From: Promethearchaeati archaeon SRVP18_Atabeyarchaeia-1
Lineage (GTDB): Archaea; Asgardarchaeota; Atabeyarchaeia; Atabeyarchaeales; Atabeyarchaeaceae
Length of the DNA stretch: 64,000 bases
Assembly (NCBI GenBank): GCA_037308085.1
Contig: CP147779.1
Span: 2,144,001-2,208,000 of the forward strand
Reading direction: 5' to 3'
The position numbers and the translations under genes are program-made. Positions 59,967-64,000 of this stretch are shown piece by piece (position 1 is the stretch's first letter; each line of letters opens with the position of its first letter). The notes under the pieces were generated by a model, which saw only the letters and a program-made list of their open reading frames with translations, did not search any database and was not told the origin of the DNA.

Positions 59967-61502
59967 TCAGAATATGTCCTCTGACCTAAACCACGACGGG
60001 TACCATCGATAATGGTCGAGCGGGTAGGCCTTCTTGAGTCCGGCGTAGGTGGCTTTCCCGAGTTCCACCGTCCCCTTCTTGTCCCTGAACAAAGCTACTA
60101 GGTTCTTTTCTTCTAGCTTAAGCAGCGCATTGCTTAGTGTTGCAGTATCCCTCGACCCGAATTCCTCCTTCATGTCGTCAATGGTCATGTACGCGCCTGG
60201 GATGCTTCGATAGTTCTCGGCCAACACCTTCAAGACGTTATCCTCAGTCACCGGCTTTCCGCTGAACTCTGATGGCTTCGTTGACAATACGGGAACCTTC
60301 AGCTCTGGGTGGAACCTCAGCTTTGCCTTGGGTTTCAGGTCCATCTTCATGGACATCAGGTACATTCTATAGATGACGTACTTCTGTATCTCTGTGGTTC
60401 CAGCGATTATCTCGCCGATCTTCGAGTCTCGGAGCAACCGCTCAACCTGGAAGAACTTTGTGCATCCATCGCCGCCCATGATCTGTATGGCGTCAAGCCC
60501 GACATCGCGTGCATACTCGGAGTTTATGAGTTTGGCTATTGATGACTCAATAACGGGCTCCCTCCCCAAGTCAAGCATGTAGGCAGTGTAGAATGATACG
60601 AGTCTAGCTATTTTCAGCCTTGTAATTATGTCAGCGATCTTGAACTGGTTGTTGACAAGCCTATTCGTCCGCTCACCGAACTGAATTCTCCTCTCTGAAT
60701 AGAAGGTGACTATTCTCAGCACGTCCATGATCGGGCCAGTCACAACAGCTGAACCGATAAGCCGCTCATAGTTCAAGCCGCCGGTCATGATCTCCCAGCC
60801 TTGACCTTCCTTGCCTATTCTGTTTGATTCAGGCAGTCTGACTTCATCGAAGTCTAGGACGCCGTTAGGAACATTGTCGAAACCTATCAGCGTATTGATC
60901 TTCTCCAACGAAAAGCCAAGCGTGCCCCTCTCAAGCACAAAGGCGGTCAGGTGGCGGTACGCCTTGACATCCTCGGCTTTGTCGCTTGTCCTGGCGTATA
61001 CGAAGTACCTTCCTGCCACCCCCGCGCCAGTTATGAATCGCTTCTTGCCGTTCAGAACATAGTCGTTTCCTTCCTTGCGGGCTCTGAGCATGACGCTTGC
61101 GGCGTCCGATCCCGCGAAGGGTTCCGTTATGCACAGGGCGCCGAGCACTTCCCCTTTCGCGGTCTGTGTCAACCACTTCTGCCTCTGCTCCTCAGTCCCA
61201 TGTGAAAGAAGCTGGTGTAATCCCGCAAGCATGCTGACGACAAAGACATGCCCGACAGCGTACAGCCGACCCAGCTGCTCAGCGGCTACGCACGCGCCGG
61301 TTGCCCCCAGCTCTAAGCCACCGTATTTCTTTGGAACCCCAACCCCGAAGATGCCTTTCGCTGCAACCTTCCCCATCAGCTCCTTCGGAAACTCCATTTT
61401 CCACCATGATTCCTCAGCTTCCGGGATATGCTCATCAACAAACTTCTCAATATCCGCAGCGAACCTCTTCTGAGCATCTGTCCACCATGGAAAAGTCTCC
61501 AT
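59967..61502 (-). CDS. Acyl-CoA dehydrogenase with C-terminal extension
   Basis: CITEPFAGSD, LNGKKRFIT, R.QFG, AIQIMGGDG, RDSKIGEIIAGTTEIQK, plus about 115 extra C-terminal residues. Confidence 0.92.
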   Translation of the reverse strand: METFPWWTDAQKRFAADIEKFVDEHIPEAEESWWKMEFPKELMGKVAAKGIFGVGVPKKYGGLELGATGACVAAEQLGRLYAVGHVFVVSMLAGLHQLLSHGTEEQRQKWLTQTAKGEVLGALCITEPFAGSDAASVMLRARKEGNDYVLNGKKRFITGAGVAGRYFVYARTSDKAEDVKAYRHLTAFVLERGTLGFSLEKINTLIGFDNVPNGVLDFDEVRLPESNRIGKEGQGWEIMTGGLNYERLIGSAVVTGPIMDVLRIVTFYSERRIQFGERTNRLVNNQFKIADIITRLKIARLVSFYTAYMLDLGREPVIESSIAKLINSEYARDVGLDAIQIMGGDGCTKFFQVERLLRDSKIGEIIAGTTEIQKYVIYRMYLMSMKMDLKPKAKLRFHPELKVPVLSTKPSEFSGKPVTEDNVLKVLAENYRSIPGAYMTIDDMKEEFGSRDTATLSNALLKLEEKNLVALFRDKKGTVELGKATYAGLKKAYPLDHYRWYPSWFRSEDIF

Positions 61503-61591
61503 CTCAGTACCACCACTATGCAATAACCAAGTATGACATTGTTCCTGCGTGAGGTTTAATGCCCACTTATCAGATATACTTTACTTAACTC

Positions 61592-61851
61592 GGCTCTGTG
61601 AAGCCAGTGGTTGATTTATATTGGGAACGGAATATTGATTCCAAGAATCTCCCCGCTCCGCGGTATGTGGCTTTATAGCCGAAGGCGGAGGGGAAAGGAG
61701 AACACGTGTAGAAGCAGGCGCAGGGCTGTGGTTCGGCCTGAAGGGACTCGCAGGTGAGGCGATGGTACAGGAACCCCCGGAACAGAAGGAAAGGCAATCC
61801 TGAAAGTCGATGCGAGCCAGCCAAGCCATCAACCGAAGACTTGGCAGAACC
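61592..61851 (+). mobile_element. MITE, 260 bp, carrying a TATA box and omegaRNA-like structure (copy 2, perfect 8-bp TSD)
   Basis: Ends GGCTCTGTGAAG... and ...CTTGGCAGAACC; CTTAACTC duplicated at 61584-61591 and 61852-61859. Confidence 0.92.
61648..61851 (+). ncRNA. Putative stand-alone TnpB-type guide RNA scaffold
   Basis: TTTATA box at 61615-61620. Stems CTCCGC/GCGGAG, GGCT/AGCC, GGGCTG/CGGCCT, CTCGCA/TGCGAG and CAGGA/TCCTG. GGTTC (61730-61734) is complementary to the terminal GAACC (61847-61851). Confidence 0.6.
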
Positions 61852-62168
61852 CTTAACTCCGCGTGGGCACAGAAAGCGCCGGCGCCCCTTTTCCCTAGGA
61901 ACTATTTGAATTCGCGGTCGTTCCGTTGCTCTCCTCTCCTCCAACACCTGCTGGGTAGTCTTGCCCGAGATCAGACCCACGCCTCGGCTCTCCAATTCCG
62001 CCTTTTTCTCTACTGATGAAACTTGCACTTCACTTTAGGTGATCATGCCCGCCGGTTTCTTGTGAAACTCACAAAAAATTGTTGCGAATATCGTGAGACC
62101 ACCATCAACCTTATAAGAGGAGATCTTGAGATGAACGATTAGGAATATAATAGGAGAGAAAATGGGGA

Positions 62169-62477
62169 ATGTCGACCTCGATTGAAGACGAAGCTTGCCT
62201 AACCGAGGTAATGGGGAAAGAATACGCACTGAACATCCCGTGCGTCCTGTTGTACTCAGATGGAGAAGAAGTAAGGCTCTGGACAGGATCCTTCATACAA
62301 AGCAAGACCTTCGAAGCCGTAACCTTACGAGGTAAGGCTCTGCTCATCAAGTTCGCCGTCGGGGACTCTGAGGTCGAGTACTGGGTAAGGAAGTACCCAG
62401 CTATCAAGACGCAGTGGCAACGCGATGGCAAATGGCGAGAATGGGTGCACAGAAAGCTCTCCAGTCTGAGAGAATAG
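62169..62477 (+). CDS. Hypothetical protein
   Basis: 102-aa ORF with a purine-rich upstream region and a TATA-like AATATATAA. Confidence 0.55.
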   Translation: MSTSIEDEACLTEVMGKEYALNIPCVLLYSDGEEVRLWTGSFIQSKTFEAVTLRGKALLIKFAVGDSEVEYWVRKYPAIKTQWQRDGKWREWVHRKLSSLRE

Positions 62478-62597
62478 TGGTCGACCTACGAACAAAAAAG
62501 GCGAAGCGGAAACAAAGGGAGAGACCAACCACTACCTCTATTCCACGCTACTCCGCGGGTAGAGATTGCTGGATGTAGCGATTCCTGCGGATTCCAC

Positions 62598-64000
62598 TTA
62601 CCTGCTTTTCATTTTTTGCCTAAGTTTCTCTGCCGCCTTGTCTATTTCAGTGAGCATCTTCTCGTCGACATTTTCGAGGGATTTCTCTCTCTTCAATCTC
62701 TTGGCAACCGCGTCTTCGTCTAGCATCGCCTTGAGGCTCTCGACTTCCTGCTGAAGCTCCTTCTCAGCAATCGCCGTTGCTTTCTCAGGTCGCTCTGCTT
62801 GTCTCGCTGCTTCCGGCGCTTTCTCCGTGATCTTCTCTCTCGCAACTTGGGGTTGCGGAGGCACTGTGATCTCCTGTGGCTTAAATCTGGTGATTGTTTC
62901 AGGCTCTGCCGGTCTCGTTTCTACAACTTTCGGCTCTTCGACCTTCATTACGCCCGGCTTAATAGTGAATCCTCCCTCAGTGGGTGTCAGAGCCTGTGTG
63001 GGCAATGTGGTGGTCTTGGCTTTGGCAGACTTCCAGGATGTCAGCTCAAGGAAGTACCTCAGCCTATCCGTATGCAAAGCTTCGTCTGAGCTTATCTTCA
63101 GCTCGGCCGCTACGACCTCAGAGACTCTGTCGATGACGTCTGGTGTCAGCCTATCTGAGGTTATGACTGGATCCTGCGGGCTCCTCCCTGTGAGGTTGTA
63201 GATCAGAGCTATGAGCGCCGCTCTGTTGTCCATCATCTGCACTGCCTGAAGATCGCTCTCTGCCAGCACCCTGGCCTTCAGTTCAACGACATGTCTGTCG
63301 CGGTCAACCGCAAACTCTGAGGCGACAGCCACGATTCTACCGTTCTCGTCATAGACCTTTATTGGACCAGAGGACATCAGCATGACTGATAGCTCCTCAA
63401 TCAGCTTCTTGTCTTTATCCTGGATTTCTCCAATGAGCTTGTTTGATTCGACCTTCAGCCTCTCACTTTCCTTTCTGCCAATGTCGCCAAGGGTTGCCTT
63501 CGTGTCCAAAATGGATAAGTCATCCTTGATCTTGGCCCTTGTCCGCGAAAGATCTTCAAGTTGTCTGGAGTTCTCAAGAAACTGCGTAAGAAGTCTCCTA
63601 GTTGCCTCGGCAAGCAAGCCGTCGTACTCCTTCTTGAGTGTTTCGAAGGCCTGCTGCGTGATCCTCTTTTGGGCGAAGAACTCTCTCAGCCTGTCGTTCT
63701 TTTCGTTCACCGCGTCATACTCATTCACTATCTGATCTACGAGTGTTGCTGACTTGACCCTATCAGCAAGAGCTACCTTGAGCCTGTCGAGGTTCCTAGA
63801 CTCGAGTCCGTCAGTCCATTTCAGGAATGCGCTTATTTTATAGTGTCTTTCGCCAGACCAGTGCAGGACAATACTAAGAAGCTTATCATAATCCCTTCTG
63901 GCAACCTCTGCGATTGCCTTTGATGCTGTTTCTCTAACACCTTCATCAGCACTACCGAGCGACGAAACTAGGTCGAAGGCTGCAATCTCATCCCGAAGGG
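62598..64000 (-). CDS. HEAT-repeat plus CdvA-like coiled-coil protein (5' end beyond the window)
   Basis: The frame of ORF 62598-63728 stays open to the window edge. LVSSLGSADEGVRETASKAIAEV is HEAT-like; RITQQAFETLKKEY...LGDIGRKESERLK resembles a CdvA-type coiled coil. Confidence 0.65.
   Translation of the reverse strand, partial: LRDEIAAFDLVSSLGSADEGVRETASKAIAEVARRDYDKLLSIVLHWSGERHYKISAFLKWTDGLESRNLDRLKVALADRVKSATLVDQIVNEYDAVNEKNDRLREFFAQKRITQQAFETLKKEYDGLLAEATRRLLTQFLENSRQLEDLSRTRAKIKDDLSILDTKATLGDIGRKESERLKVESNKLIGEIQDKDKKLIEELSVMLMSSGPIKVYDENGRIVAVASEFAVDRDRHVVELKARVLAESDLQAVQMMDNRAALIALIYNLTGRSPQDPVITSDRLTPDVIDRVSEVVAAELKISSDEALHTDRLRYFLELTSWKSAKAKTTTLPTQALTPTEGGFTIKPGVMKVEEPKVVETRPAEPETITRFKPQEITVPPQPQVAREKITEKAPEAARQAERPEKATAIAEKELQQEVESLKAMLDEDAVAKRLKREKSLENVDEKMLTEIDKAAEKLRQKMKSR

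Noticed and set aside
61585-62028. 147-aa ORF and other ORFs crossing the MITEs
   Set aside because: Mostly read-through into MITE sequence. A ~59-aa pre-insertion ORF is possible but unsupported.

Overview
Archaeal DNA, most likely from an Asgard-type lineage (inferred from the TATA/RBS style, archaeal Hsp20 and PolX, and a RING-finger expansion). I found no rRNA, tRNA or CRISPR array. Most of the window is accessory metabolism: ribA, aldo/keto reductase, a PEP-utilising enzyme, glnA-like, pirin, FKBP, saccharopine dehydrogenase, DODA, radical SAM, PolX, purple acid phosphatase, two fadD and two acyl-CoA dehydrogenases. Three things stand out. (1) A 1,292-bp tnpB-only element (29232-30523) is bounded by 22-bp terminal inverted repeats and an 8-bp target duplication. 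These are IS6-like DDE-type ends, not IS200/IS605 ends. Two ~260-bp MITEs (54749-55010, 61592-61851) have related ends and keep only a TATA box plus a structured RNA homologous to the tnpB 3' end, so they look like mobile stand-alone omega/reRNA guide cassettes. (2) Eight paralogous genes end in the same variant RING finger. Several have a receptor-like layout: ectodomain, TM helix, often a zinc ribbon, then RING. One carries four PPC domains. (3) In the first 9 kb, three copies of a ~150-bp repeat with an internal inverted repeat separate cargo-like gene units, which include two clan-CD-type protease genes and a possible toxin/immunity pair. All family assignments come from motif recognition by eye; no database searches were run.
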